From contig OZ245033.1 in the NCBI GenBank assembly GCA_965224025.1, positions 128,001 through 192,000 on the forward strand: a stretch of DNA of 64,000 nucleotides, given 5' to 3'. The position numbers were made by a program, and so were the translations under genes. Source of the stretch: Candidatus Multivorans sp. Lineage in GTDB: Bacteria; Acidobacteriota; Thermoanaerobaculia; Multivoradales; Multivoraceae. Below the pieces are notes generated by a model that made no database searches, was not told the DNA's origin, and was given only the letters and a program-made list of their open reading frames with translations. Below are positions 26,655 to 38,092 of the stretch, piece by piece. Positions within the stretch are counted from its first letter, which is position 1. Each line of letters starts with the position of its first letter.

Positions 26655-27514
26655 TGGAGCCGCCTCTCGTGCATGCCGACCGGGCACACCCGCATGCACT
26701 CGAAGCACTGCGCCACGCTCTCCTTGTAGTGGCTGAGCGACGAAAGCGACTGGGTGAAGAAGTCCGAATAGACCATCGACCGGCGCCGCTCCCGGTCCTC
26801 CTCCGTAGTGATCTGCACCAGCGACTTCTGAATCGAACCGATGCCGAAGTTCATCGCCCGCGAGGTGCAGCGTTCGCGGTCGTAGTACGAATAGCTGATA
26901 CGGCCATCCTCGTCGATGGCGCCGTCCAGGCAACCGCCCTCGTCCTTCGGACACGACGCGAGGCACGGCGTGGTGCCCAGCTTCTCGTACATCTGGATGC
27001 AGGGCTTCGACGGGCAGACATCCTCCTCAAGCGGATGGTCCGGCTCAAGATCGAGGGTCGTGACCAGGGCGGCGTAGTACAGCAGGCCGTACTTCGGATG
27101 CAGGATGATGTTCGCGGCCAGCGAGCGTGTGCCGAGCCCCGCGAGCACCGCCGCCAGCATCATGCTCATCGGCGGGTTGTGGCCCGCGGTGGGCAGCGAC
27201 GGCGCCTGGAGCGCGCGGTGGCCGTGCTCACGCTCGATGTAGTCGCACATCACGTGGATCGCCACGTTCTCCCGGAAGTCGTAGCCTGTGATCTCCATCA
27301 CCCGGTGATCGGGACTTCGCCAGGCGCCAGCCGTCGGTCCCTGGTTGCCGGCGACGACGACGCTCCGGGCGCCGGGCAAGACGTCTTCCGGCCGATGTCC
27401 CTCCGGCACGAAATCGTTGAAGGCGTTCGCCGCCGCAACGCCGACCACGAGGGCCCCGGCGCCGGCGCCCACATCGCGCACAGCCGCCGTTCTCTGCTGT
27501 CGGGCGTCCGCCAT
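26651..27514 (-). CDS. QueG/reductive-dehalogenase-like Fe-S protein, paralog 1
   Basis: VGVAAA..F...PEGHRPEDVLPGARSVVV, AAVLAGLG, LHPKYGLLYY, same Cys pattern, CFECMRVCP. Confidence 0.75.
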   Translation of the reverse strand: MADARQQRTAAVRDVGAGAGALVVGVAAANAFNDFVPEGHRPEDVLPGARSVVVAGNQGPTAGAWRSPDHRVMEITGYDFRENVAIHVMCDYIEREHGHRALQAPSLPTAGHNPPMSMMLAAVLAGLGTRSLAANIILHPKYGLLYYAALVTTLDLEPDHPLEEDVCPSKPCIQMYEKLGTTPCLASCPKDEGGCLDGAIDEDGRISYSYYDRERCTSRAMNFGIGSIQKSLVQITTEEDRERRRSMVYSDFFTQSLSSLSHYKESVAQCFECMRVCPVGMHERRLQ

Positions 27515-27543
27515 CGGGGGATCCGTCAGGTAGTGTGCTCCTC

Positions 27544-28263
27544 GTGAACTCCGGCGACGATAGCACCGGCACAGGGAACAACGCCGAGGTAGTCAACCCC
27601 TGGGAGGAACGGAAGGACCGCGGCAGAGTGTCGGCCCTCGTCGCTTCTCTGGTTCTCCTGGCCACTTCTCCTCGGAGGTTCTTCGAGGGGACTCGGGCCG
27701 ATGCAGGCATCTGGGGTCCGCTCCTCTTCCTGGGCGTGGTCGCCGTGCTCCTTGTCCTGCTGAACAGCGTGGTTCTCACGATCCTCGCCTTCACTCTTCC
27801 GGAACCGGCACTTGACCTCGTCTACCGAATGGAACTCTCGGGCGACCCGTCCGAGTCCGCCGGCTCGGAGGAGCTGCCGTTCGGGCCCGTCGTGAGCGCC
27901 ATCATCTTTCTGCAGGTTCTCCTGCTCTTCCTACCCGTCATCTTTGCCTTCACGCTGATCGTGGCGCCGGTGTTCGGCGCACTCGTCCACCTTCTTCTCA
28001 TCGTCACCCGCACACCGAGACCACACGGGTTCCGCGGTACCTGGGCCGTGATTTGCTACGCGAACGGAGCCAGCCTCCTGGGCATCGTTCCCATCGCGGG
28101 CGACATCCTGGGGGTCGTCTGCAGCGCGGCGCTGTTCGGGCTCGGTCTCCACGTCGTCCAGGGAGTCGGAGTCATCAGAGCCGCGGTTCTGGCCTCGATC
28201 CTGCCCCTGTTGCTGCTCTTGAACGTGCTGTTCCTTCGCGGCATGGAGGCCGCCACCCTCTGA
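27544..28263 (+). CDS. YIP1-family membrane protein
   Basis: NPWEER...LLATSPRRFFEG, about 5 TM helices, GFRGTWAVICYA. GTG 27544 lies 7 nt after TAGTGT. Confidence 0.8.
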   Translation: MNSGDDSTGTGNNAEVVNPWEERKDRGRVSALVASLVLLATSPRRFFEGTRADAGIWGPLLFLGVVAVLLVLLNSVVLTILAFTLPEPALDLVYRMELSGDPSESAGSEELPFGPVVSAIIFLQVLLLFLPVIFAFTLIVAPVFGALVHLLLIVTRTPRPHGFRGTWAVICYANGASLLGIVPIAGDILGVVCSAALFGLGLHVVQGVGVIRAAVLASILPLLLLLNVLFLRGMEAATL

Positions 28264-28304
28264 GGTGCGGGCGGGCGCCGAACCAAGACCCGCCTGACGC
28301 CGCC

Positions 28305-29341
<1,037 letters not shown>

Positions 29342-29342
<1 letters not shown>

Positions 29343-31885
29343 TGCGCGTTCCGCTCAGTTGGCTCGGCGATTTCGTCGAGCTCGAAGGCTCGCCCGAGGA
29401 GCTCGCCGAACTGCTCACCAACGCCGGCCTGGAAGTCAAGGCGATCGAGCGCTTCGGCGTCCACGGCGCCGAGTTGCCGTGGCCGGCGGACCTGGTCATG
29501 GCCGCGAAGGTCCTCCGCGTCGATCCGGCGCCGGACGCCGACCGCCTGGTGCTGGCAACCGTCGACTACGGCGCGGACTCGACGCGCCAGGTGGTCACCG
29601 GAGCGCCAAACCTCTTCCCGTACCTCGGCCAGGATCTTGCGGATGCCGACCTCTGGGGCGCCCTCCTGCTCGCCGGCGCCAGCTACCGCAACCCCTACCG
29701 CGACCTGAAGATCACACGCCTCAAGGCGAAGAAGCTCCGCGGCATCACGAGCGACGCGATGCTGTGTTCGGCGGCGGAACTCGGGCTCGGCGACGAACAC
29801 GAGGGCATCATCCTGTTCGAGCCGGCCGATGAGTTGCCGGCGCTCCGGCCCGGCCGGCCTCTGACCGAAGTGCTCGGGAACGTCGTCCTCGACATCGACG
29901 TGATCCCGAACATCGCCCGCTGCGCCTCGATCGTGGGGGTCGCGCGCGAGGTCGCCGCGCTCACCCGCGCCGCGTTCAAGCCGCCGGCCGTCCCGGTCAC
30001 CATGACGGGAGCGCCGATCGAGGGTCGCATCGAGATCGCCACCGAGAACCCGGAACTCAATCCCCGCTTCGCCGCCCTGCTCATCGAAGGCATGGAACAG
30101 GGGCCTTCGCCCTGGTGGATGCAGCACCGGCTGCAGCTCGCCGGCCAGCGCCCGATCAGCAACGTCGTCGACATCAGCAACTACGTGATGCTCGAGGTCG
30201 GTCAGCCGAACCACACCTTCGACTACGACCTGCTGCGGCAGCGCGCCGACGGGTACGCCCTGGACGGCCCGGTCCGGATCGTTACCCGTTTGGCCCACGC
30301 GGGCGAACGACTGACCACGCTCGACGGCGCCGAGCAGAAGCTGCGCCCGAACCAGATCCTGGTCACGGACCCGGCCGGCGCCTTGAGCGTCGGCGGCGTG
30401 ATGGGCGGCCGGGACAGCGAGATCGGCGCGGAAACCCGCAACGTCCTGCTCGAAGCGGCGGCCTGGGCGCCCCGGAGCATCCGGCGCACCCAGCGCCAGC
30501 TCGGCGTTCACACCGAGGCGGGTTTCCGCTTCAGCCGCGGCGTCCACCCCAGCCAGGCGCTGCTCGGCGCCAAGCGCGCGGCCGAACTGCTGCGGCGCCA
30601 CGCCGGCGGCGCCGTCGCTCACGGCATCATCGACCACCACCCGCAGCCCGCGCCGACCGTAACCGTCGATTTCGACCTCGGCTACCTGCGTCGCATCAGC
30701 GGCCTGGACCTCGGCGCAGAGGAGACTGCGGATTTGTTGCGGCGCCTGAAGTTCGAGGTCGAGGCGACGGACGACTCCACCGCCCTGCGCGTCACCGTTC
30801 CAGACCACCGCCTCGACATCGAAGGTCCGCACGACCTGGTCGAGGAGGTCTGCCGCATCTACGGCTACGACCGCATCCCCTCCACCGTCCTCAGCGACGT
30901 GCTGCCGCCCCAGCGCGGCAACCGCGAGCAGGCGTTCGAGGATCGGGTCAAGGACACCTTCGCCGACCTGGGGCTCCAGGAGATCGTGAGCTACCGGCTG
31001 ACCACGCCGGAGGCGGAAGCGAGACTGCGACTCGAGGACGCCGAGCCGCCGCTCTACATCCAGCTCGCCAAGCCCTCGACCCTCGACCGCGTGGTCATGC
31101 GCCGTAACCTGCTGGCGTCGGTGCTGGAGGCGGCGGCATCGAACAGCCGCTTCGCGGACCGGCTTGCCCTGTTCGAGGTCGGCCGCGTGTTCCCGGTGAA
31201 CGAGGGCGATTCGCTTCCGGAGGAGCGGCAGTGGGCCGCCGTCGTGCTCATCGGCCCGCGCCGGGGGAACCACTGGCAGGCGCCTGGCGACAACGACGAG
31301 TTCTTCGATTTCTTCGACGTCAAGGGCGTCGTCGAGGCCGTCTTCGACCGGCTCGGCCTGGAAGTTCAGTACACGACGACGCCGGAAGGCACGGCAGCAG
31401 CATTCCGCTCAGGTCGCTCGGCTGCGGTCCTGCTCGGCGGAGACGCAGAGCCCGTCGGTTGGCTCGGCGAAGTCCACCCGACCGTAGCCGCCAACTTCGG
31501 CCTCGAACCCGCGCCTGAACGACCCGTCCTGGCTGCCGAACTCGAACTCGACCGGATCATCGAACGCCTCCCCGATTCGCTCCAGCTCGCTCCCGTGCCC
31601 GTCTATCCCGAGGTGCGCGAGGACCTTGCGCTAATCGTCGACGAAGCGACACCGGCCGCCGCCGTCGAGAGAGCCCTGCTCGGGGCCGGCAAACCTCTGC
31701 TGTGCGCCGTCGACCTGTTCGACGTGTTCCGCGGCGAGGCGATCGGGGAAGGCTCGAAGAGCCTCGCCTACCACCTGACCTTCCGAGCGCCGAACCGGAC
31801 CCTGCGCGACCGGGACGTGAAAAAGCTTCGCAGGCGGATCCTGGGCCAGATCGGCCGAACGGTCGGCGCGAGGCTGCGGGAATAG
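29342..31885 (+). CDS. pheT: Phenylalanine--tRNA ligase beta subunit
   Basis: MRVPLSWL start overlapping the pheS stop, KLRGITSDAMLCS, ISNVVDISNYVMLE, DLVEEVCRIYGYD, C-terminal FDX-ACB domain. Confidence 0.97.
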
Positions 31886-31889
31886 GCAC

Positions 31890-32633
31890 TCAGGCTCGGA
31901 CGCTCAGCCGCGACAGCAGCGCAATGACGGCATGCTCCACGCGGAGGGCCCGCCGCCCCAGGCTGACGGTACGGGCGCCGCCCCGCACAAACGAGGCGAG
32001 TTCCTCACTGAAGAAGCCACCCTCGGGGCCGACGAGCAGGGCCGTCGGACCGTCGACGCCGAGCGGACATGGTTCGTCGCCTGCCGCGTCGGCAACCAGC
32101 ACGTCATCTTGGTTCAGCACCAGGCCGGGCAGGGCTTCGATCAGGTCCCGCGACCGCACAAGGCATTCGATCTCCGGGAGCACCGTGTCCCGCGCCTGCG
32201 CCAGGCCCAGCATCAGGTGGCGCCGCAACGCCCCCGGCCGCATCACCGAGCTCTGCCAGTAGCTCTTCTCGACCCGCGCCGTGTGGACGAGCAGGATCCG
32301 CTTGACGCCCATCGCCGTCGCGCTTTGCAGGATGCGGCCCACGAACTTGGGCCTGGGCAGCGCGAGCACCAGGGTCACGGGCAAGGGCGCCGGGGGCTCC
32401 TGATCGAGCGGTCCGAGTTCCACCACGACGCGCTCGCGGTTCAGCTCAACGATCCGCCCGCGACCGACGCCGACGCCGAGGCGGCCCACTTCCAGCGTGT
32501 CGCCGACCTCCGCCCGCAGCACCTTCCGCACATGCAGGAGCCGTTCGCCCCGGACGACCGCACGCGCTGCCGGCCGCCGGCCGGAATCGGCTGCAAGATC
32601 GAGGTCGCGATCCTCCAAGAGGAGCAGGTTCAT
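31890..32633 (-). CDS. rsmE: 16S rRNA m3U1498 methyltransferase
   Basis: LALPRPK, LAQARDTVLPEI, VGPEGGF, SLGRRALRVEHA (SPOUT knot). Confidence 0.9.
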   Translation of the reverse strand: MNLLLLEDRDLDLAADSGRRPAARAVVRGERLLHVRKVLRAEVGDTLEVGRLGVGVGRGRIVELNRERVVVELGPLDQEPPAPLPVTLVLALPRPKFVGRILQSATAMGVKRILLVHTARVEKSYWQSSVMRPGALRRHLMLGLAQARDTVLPEIECLVRSRDLIEALPGLVLNQDDVLVADAAGDEPCPLGVDGPTALLVGPEGGFFSEELASFVRGGARTVSLGRRALRVEHAVIALLSRLSVRA

Positions 32634-32708
32634 GCTGCTAGAGTCACGCGCTCAAACGACGCAGAGAGTTGCCTTCCAGAGACCACTGGCAGAGGAGGAC
32701 GGAACCGT

Positions 32709-33200
32709 ATGGCAGCAGAGAAGTTCCCGATCGAGGCCGGACACATCATGATGTTCGCCCGCGCGGTCGGCGACCCGAACCCCATCTATCACGACGCGGA
32801 GGCGGCGGCGGACACCGAGCCCGGCAACGTGATCGCCCCGCCAACCTTCTATCAGGCCTCGGCGCAGTTCGACCCGAACTACTTCCTGCGCCCCAAGATC
32901 GGCGAACCGTGGTTCGGCTCCGGCAAGGAACCCACAGGCGTGCCGCCCACCCGCACCGGCGGCGACGGCGGCACGGGCCTGCACGCGGAGCAGCGCTTCG
33001 AGTACTTCCGGCACGTGAACCCGGGCGAGACGCTGACCATCAAGACGCGCCCCGGCAAGACCTGGGAACGGCAGGGCAAGCGCGGCGGCAAGCTCACCTT
33101 CAGCGAGAACATCACCGAGTACTTCGACGAATCCGGCGAACTCGTCGTGCGCGCCACCGGCGTGGGCGTGCGCACCGAGAAGGTCGTCGAGAGCGACTGA
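32709..33200 (+). CDS. MaoC-like hotdog dehydratase, N-terminal-type (HadA/FAS1-like) subunit
   Basis: IEAGHIMMFARAVGDPNPIY, APPTF, LHAEQRFEY; GAGGAGG RBS. Confidence 0.85.
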   Translation: MAAEKFPIEAGHIMMFARAVGDPNPIYHDAEAAADTEPGNVIAPPTFYQASAQFDPNYFLRPKIGEPWFGSGKEPTGVPPTRTGGDGGTGLHAEQRFEYFRHVNPGETLTIKTRPGKTWERQGKRGGKLTFSENITEYFDESGELVVRATGVGVRTEKVVESD

Positions 33201-33211
33201 GGAGAGAACAG

Positions 33212-33634
33212 ATGGCACTTCAGGCAAGCAAGGTCCAGGTCGGCGACACCTACACCCAGAAGCTCACGGAAGACCTCTCCCGCACGCAGATCGTCCAGTA
33301 CGCGGGCGCCTCGGGCGACTACAACCCGCTCCACTCGGACGAGATCTTCACCACCAAGGTGGCGAAGTACCCCACCGTCTTCGCCCACGGCATGCTCACG
33401 ATGGGCATGACCGGCCGCATGGTCACCGACTTCGTCGGCGACGGCAGGCTGACGGCCTACGGCGTCCGCTTCACGCGCCAGGTCTGGCCCGGCGACAGCC
33501 TGAGCGCGACCGCGACCATCGATGCCGTGCGCGAAGAGGACGGCCAGCACCTCGTCGACCTGTCGGTCACGACGGTGAACCAGGACGGCGAGGTGGTCGT
33601 GATGGGGAAGGCGACGGCTCGGGTCGATCCGTAG
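33212..33634 (+). CDS. MaoC-family (R)-specific hydratase/dehydratase (HadB-like)
   Basis: YAGASGDYNPLH, AHGMLTMG, RFTRQVWPGD; GAGGAG RBS. Confidence 0.9.
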   Translation: MALQASKVQVGDTYTQKLTEDLSRTQIVQYAGASGDYNPLHSDEIFTTKVAKYPTVFAHGMLTMGMTGRMVTDFVGDGRLTAYGVRFTRQVWPGDSLSATATIDAVREEDGQHLVDLSVTTVNQDGEVVVMGKATARVDP

Positions 33635-33670
33635 GACGCAGAAGGTCGCCGCTGCGCGGCGGCGCTTTCC

Positions 33671-33694
33671 TCCCCGGGTCAGAAGACCCGGGGA
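33671..33694. terminator. GC-rich hairpin between convergent genes
   Basis: tccccgggtc-agaa-gacccgggga, a perfect 10-bp stem; no U-tract. Confidence 0.45.
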
Positions 33695-33741
33695 CACTGC
33701 AGGGCGGCGGCGCGGATCGACCCGTAGGCGGAGGCGCGCCC

Positions 33742-34827
33742 CTAGTCGCGCACCACCTGTTGGCGCAGGGCGTGGTCGGCCAGCGCCAGCGCCACCATCG
33801 CCTCGCCCATGGGGACGAAGCGCGGCAGCAGGCAGGGGTCGTGGCGGCCCTTGGTGGCGATGGTCGTCGGCTCGCCGGCACGGGTCACCGTGTCCTGGGG
33901 CTGCGGCAGGCTGCTGGTCGGCTTGACCGCGCAGCGGAGCACGATCGGCTGGCCTGAGGAGATACCGCCCAGCATGCCGCCGTGGCGGTTGCCGCGGGTG
34001 GCCACCCGGCCTGCCCGCATCTCGAACGGATCGTTGTTCTCGCTGCCGCGGGCGCGCGCGACCCCGAAGCCGGCACCGTACTCGACGCCCAGCACCGCCG
34101 GCAGGCTGAACAGCGCCTTGCCCAGGTCCGCCTTGAGCTTGTCGAACACCGGTTCGCCCCAGCCCGGCGGCACGCCGGTGGCCACGAGTTCCGAGATGCC
34201 GCCGACCGAGTCGCGCTCCGAGCGCATCCGCTCGATCAGTTCCGCCATCCGCGCCGCGGCCTCCTGGTCCGGGCAACGCACCGGGTTCGCCTCGACCTGG
34301 TCGAGCGTGACCGCGGCCGGATCCTCGATCCGAGCCTCGATGTTGCCGATCCGCCTCACGTAGCCGACGATCCCGACCCCCCAACGCTCCCGCAACAGCT
34401 TCTTCGCCACCGCCGCCGCCGCCACCCGCACCGATGTCTCGCGGGCACTGGAGCGTCCGCCGCCCCGGTAGTCGCGAAAGCCGTACTTCGCGTCGAACGT
34501 GTAGTCGGCGTGGCCCGGGCGGTACTTGTCCTTGATCTCGCTGTAGTCCTTCGGACGCTGGTCCCGGTTCTCGATCAGAAAGGCGATCGACGTGCCGGTC
34601 GTCTTGCCCTCGAACACGCCGGACAGGATGCGGCACTGGTCCGGTTCGTTCCGCTGCGTCGTCAATCTCGACTGACCCGGCCGGCGGCGGTCGAGGTCCG
34701 GCTGCAGATCGGCCTCCGACAACTTGAGACCGGGCGGAATGCCGTCGAGGATGCCGAGGTAGCCCGGCCCGTGGCTCTCGCCGGCCGTGGTGAGCCGCAG
34801 GGAGGATCCGAACGTGTTTCCGGCCAT
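33742..34827 (-). CDS. aroC: Chorismate synthase
   Basis: [46 protein letters not shown]. Confidence 0.97.
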   Translation of the reverse strand: MAGNTFGSSLRLTTAGESHGPGYLGILDGIPPGLKLSEADLQPDLDRRRPGQSRLTTQRNEPDQCRILSGVFEGKTTGTSIAFLIENRDQRPKDYSEIKDKYRPGHADYTFDAKYGFRDYRGGGRSSARETSVRVAAAAVAKKLLRERWGVGIVGYVRRIGNIEARIEDPAAVTLDQVEANPVRCPDQEAAARMAELIERMRSERDSVGGISELVATGVPPGWGEPVFDKLKADLGKALFSLPAVLGVEYGAGFGVARARGSENNDPFEMRAGRVATRGNRHGGMLGGISSGQPIVLRCAVKPTSSLPQPQDTVTRAGEPTTIATKGRHDPCLLPRFVPMGEAMVALALADHALRQQVVRD

Positions 34828-34872
34828 GACAGGGGCACTCTGCCACAGCCGTGCCGCGGAGCGGCGACCGCC

Positions 34873-35595
34873 TTACCGGCCGGGGACGATCTCGCCCGCT
34901 TCGATCTCCAGATCGAGGCCGGGAACGGATAGACGGTCGCTGCCGGAGTGAGTGGACGACTCGACGTAGCCGTCCGGCCCGGGCAAGCGGTAGACATCGA
35001 CCGTGTCCGCACGCAGGTCGACGACCCAGACCTCGGCGACGCCGTTGCGGGCGTACAGCCCCAGCTTCTCTCCGCGGTCGTAGTCGAGGCTCGAGTCCGC
35101 CAACTCGATGACGACCAGCGTGTCCCGCGGGCCGGGATGCTGGCTGGCATACCCGTCACTCCGCCAACGAAGCAGGGCGATATCCGGCTGCGGCTCGGAC
35201 GAATCGTCCAACCGCAACGGGTTCTGGGGTGCAACGGTCACCCGGCCCCGCGCGGCGGGGACGAGAAGTTCATTGAGCCGGTTCAGGCAGCCGGCATGGC
35301 GGCTGCCGACAGGTGACATCAATACGATTTCTCCCGCGATCAGTTCCACACGGTCGTCCTCGCCAAGGATGCCGGCCTCCGCCATGGCGTAGTACTCGTC
35401 TACGTTGAACAATCGTGGTGCGGGCGGCGCAGCGTGCTTCCGGATGATCGTCCCCTCGATCAGCTCCAGCTTCTCTTCGTGATGCAGGATGTCCGCCCGC
35501 GCCATCGCGTAGTACTCGCGCACGTTGAACCGTCGCCTCGCCGGCCCCTCGCCGGTCAGGCCCTTCTCCAATTCACGCGCCGCGATGGTCATCAT
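34873..35595 (-). CDS. Uma2 family endonuclease with duplicated N-terminal module
   Basis: RRFNVREYYAMARADIL...ELIEG then RLFNVDEYYAMAEAGIL...ELIAG; EPQPD, IELADSS, KLGLYARNGVAEVWVVD. Confidence 0.9.
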   Translation of the reverse strand: MMTIAARELEKGLTGEGPARRRFNVREYYAMARADILHHEEKLELIEGTIIRKHAAPPAPRLFNVDEYYAMAEAGILGEDDRVELIAGEIVLMSPVGSRHAGCLNRLNELLVPAARGRVTVAPQNPLRLDDSSEPQPDIALLRWRSDGYASQHPGPRDTLVVIELADSSLDYDRGEKLGLYARNGVAEVWVVDLRADTVDVYRLPGPDGYVESSTHSGSDRLSVPGLDLEIEAGEIVPGR

Positions 35596-35645
35596 CAGGG
35601 ATCATACCGGCCGGAACGGGCCGGATCGGGCGTAGACTCGTACGG

Positions 35646-36572
35646 ATGGAGCTTCACGCGCAGGCCATGCACAGCGGACCTCAAGCCGCTTCATTCGACT
35701 CGCCGCCCATCGACGCGGTCGGTGTCGAGGAACGGGTGGCGAGGCTCTGCTCGCGCTCCATCAAGAAGGACGCCAAACTCCAGGCGCTGCACCTGACCCT
35801 GTCGATGATCGACCTGACGACGCTCGAGGGCGCCGACTCGGAGGGCAAGGTCGGGCAGCTCTGCGCCAAGGCGCTGCAGCTTCACGCGGCGCTGCCGGAT
35901 CTGCCGCACGTCGCCGCGGTCTGCGTCTACCCGGCCCTGGTCGGCGTCGCCAGGCGGGCGCTCGAAGGCAGCGGCATCCACGTCGCCTCGGTCGCCACCA
36001 GCTTCCCCGCCGGGCAGGCGCCACTGGAGATCAAGTTGCTGGAGGTGCGGAAAGCCGTCGAGGCCGGCGCGGACGAGGTCGACATGGTCATCTCCCGCGG
36101 GCGCTTCCTGGCCGGCGACTTCGCCTACACGGCGGACGAGATCGCCTCGGTCAAGGAGGCCTGCGGCGACGCCCACCTCAAGGTGATCCTCGAGACCGGC
36201 GAACTCGGCACCCTCGACGCGGTGCGCCGCGCCTCGGACCTGGCGATGCGCTCCGGCGCCGACTTCATCAAGACCTCGACCGGCAAGATCAAGCCCGCCG
36301 CCACGATGCCGGTGGTGCTCGTCATGCTGGAGGCGATCCGCGACCACTACCTCAAGACGGGCCAGCGAATCGGAATGAAGCCCGCCGGCGGAATCTCCAC
36401 CGCCAAGGACGCGATCCGGCACCTGGTCATGGTGCGGGAAACGCTGGGCCAGGACTGGCTCGACCCGGACCTCTACCGGTTCGGAGCGAGTTCGCTCGCA
36501 AACGACGTCCTGCGGCAGATCGTCAAGCAGCGGAGCGGCATCTACCAGTCCTTCGACGACTTCTCCCTCTGA
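35646..36572 (+). CDS. deoC: Deoxyribose-phosphate aldolase
   Basis: IDLTTLEGAD, GADEVDMVI, LKVILETGEL, ADFIKTSTGK, KPAGGI, RFGASSL. Confidence 0.96.
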   Translation: MELHAQAMHSGPQAASFDSPPIDAVGVEERVARLCSRSIKKDAKLQALHLTLSMIDLTTLEGADSEGKVGQLCAKALQLHAALPDLPHVAAVCVYPALVGVARRALEGSGIHVASVATSFPAGQAPLEIKLLEVRKAVEAGADEVDMVISRGRFLAGDFAYTADEIASVKEACGDAHLKVILETGELGTLDAVRRASDLAMRSGADFIKTSTGKIKPAATMPVVLVMLEAIRDHYLKTGQRIGMKPAGGISTAKDAIRHLVMVRETLGQDWLDPDLYRFGASSLANDVLRQIVKQRSGIYQSFDDFSL

Positions 36573-36592
36573 AGGAAAGGTGACGAGAGTTC

Positions 36593-38092
36593 ATGGCCAG
36601 CAGCGCAACATCCGCAGGAATCGCCCCGTTACGGCTCGGCGGCGACGACGGCTGGGCCTACGCGCCAGCACCCGAATCGACCGACCACGTCGAGCTGCGG
36701 GACCGCTACGGCCTGTTCATCGACGGTGAGTTCACGGACGCGGCCGACGGCCAGACCTTCGAGACGACGAACCCGGCCACCGAGCAGAAGATCGCCGACG
36801 TGGCGCTGGCCTCCGATGTCGATGTCGACACCGCGGTGGCCGCGGCACGGCGCGCCTACGAGGACGTCTGGTCGAAGCTGGCGCCGCGGGAGCGCGGCAA
36901 GTACGTCTACCGCATCGCGCGGGTGCTCCAGGAACGCGGCCGCGAACTCGCGATCACCGAGTCCCTCGACGGCGGCAAGCCGATCCGCGAATCGCGGGAT
37001 GTCGACATTCCGCTCGCGGCAGCGCATTTCTTCTACTACGCCGGCTGGGCCGACAAGGTCGACTACGCCTTCCCCGGCCGGGGCGCCCGTTCCCTCGGCG
37101 TCGCCGGCCAGGTCATCCCGTGGAACTTCCCGCTGCTCATGGCGGCCTGGAAGATCGCGCCGGCGCTGGCTGCCGGAAACACGGTGGTGCTCAAGCCGGC
37201 CGAGACCACGCCGCTCACGGCGCTCAAGCTGGCTGAGATCGTCCGCGACGCCGGGCTGCCGCCCGGGGTCGTCAACATCGTCACCGGCGCCGGCGAGACC
37301 GGCGCCTCCGTGGTCCAGCACGACGACGTCGACAAAGTCGCCTTCACCGGCTCCACCGAGGTCGGCAAACTGATCCGGCACGCGCTCGCCGGTACCGGCA
37401 AGCACTACACCCTGGAACTCGGCGGCAAGGCGGCGAACCTGGTGTTCGAGGACGCCGCCATCGACCAGGCGGTCGAGGGCATCGTCAACGGCATCTTCTT
37501 CAACCAGGGGCACGTCTGTTGCGCCGGTTCGCGCCTCCTGGTCCAGGAATCGGTCGCCGACGAGGTGATCGCCAAGCTGAAGGACCGGATGGAGACCCTG
37601 ATCGTCGGCGATCCGCTGGACAAGAACACCGACATCGGCGCGATCAACTCGCGCGCCCAGCTCGACAAGATCGAGGAGTACCTGGGGATAGGCGAGAACG
37701 AAGGCGCCGAGCCGTTTCAGACCTCGTGCCCGGTACCCGAACGCGGCTACTGGTGCCGTCCCACGCTGTTCCTGCGCGCCTCGCAGTCCCACCGCGTCGT
37801 CCAGGAGGAAATCTTCGGCCCCGTGCTCGCGGTGCAGACGTTCCGCACGGTGGACGAGGGCATCGCGATGGCGAACAACACGCCCTACGGCCTCTCCGGC
37901 GGCGTCTGGAGCGACAAGGGCGCCAAGGCCTTCCGGGTCACGAGCCGGATCCGCGCCGGCGTCCTGTGGGCCAACACGTACAACAAGTTCGATCCGACCG
38001 CGCCGTTCGGCGGCTACAAGGAGAGCGGCATCGGCCGCGAGGGCGGGCTGAGCGGCCTGCAGGCCTATCTGCGGCCGGAGGAGGCGGCATGA
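36593..38092 (+). CDS. Aldehyde dehydrogenase (probably acetaldehyde from DeoC)
   Basis: PWNFP, FTGSTEVG, LELGGK, FFNQGHVCCAGSR, EEIFGPV, FGGYKESG. Confidence 0.95.
   Translation: MASSATSAGIAPLRLGGDDGWAYAPAPESTDHVELRDRYGLFIDGEFTDAADGQTFETTNPATEQKIADVALASDVDVDTAVAAARRAYEDVWSKLAPRERGKYVYRIARVLQERGRELAITESLDGGKPIRESRDVDIPLAAAHFFYYAGWADKVDYAFPGRGARSLGVAGQVIPWNFPLLMAAWKIAPALAAGNTVVLKPAETTPLTALKLAEIVRDAGLPPGVVNIVTGAGETGASVVQHDDVDKVAFTGSTEVGKLIRHALAGTGKHYTLELGGKAANLVFEDAAIDQAVEGIVNGIFFNQGHVCCAGSRLLVQESVADEVIAKLKDRMETLIVGDPLDKNTDIGAINSRAQLDKIEEYLGIGENEGAEPFQTSCPVPERGYWCRPTLFLRASQSHRVVQEEIFGPVLAVQTFRTVDEGIAMANNTPYGLSGGVWSDKGAKAFRVTSRIRAGVLWANTYNKFDPTAPFGGYKESGIGREGGLSGLQAYLRPEEAA

Noticed and set aside
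25767-27514. Calling these queG or respiratory rdhA
   Set aside because: Cys spacing is non-canonical, QueG-specific motifs are not recognisable, and there is no Tat leader or rdhB.
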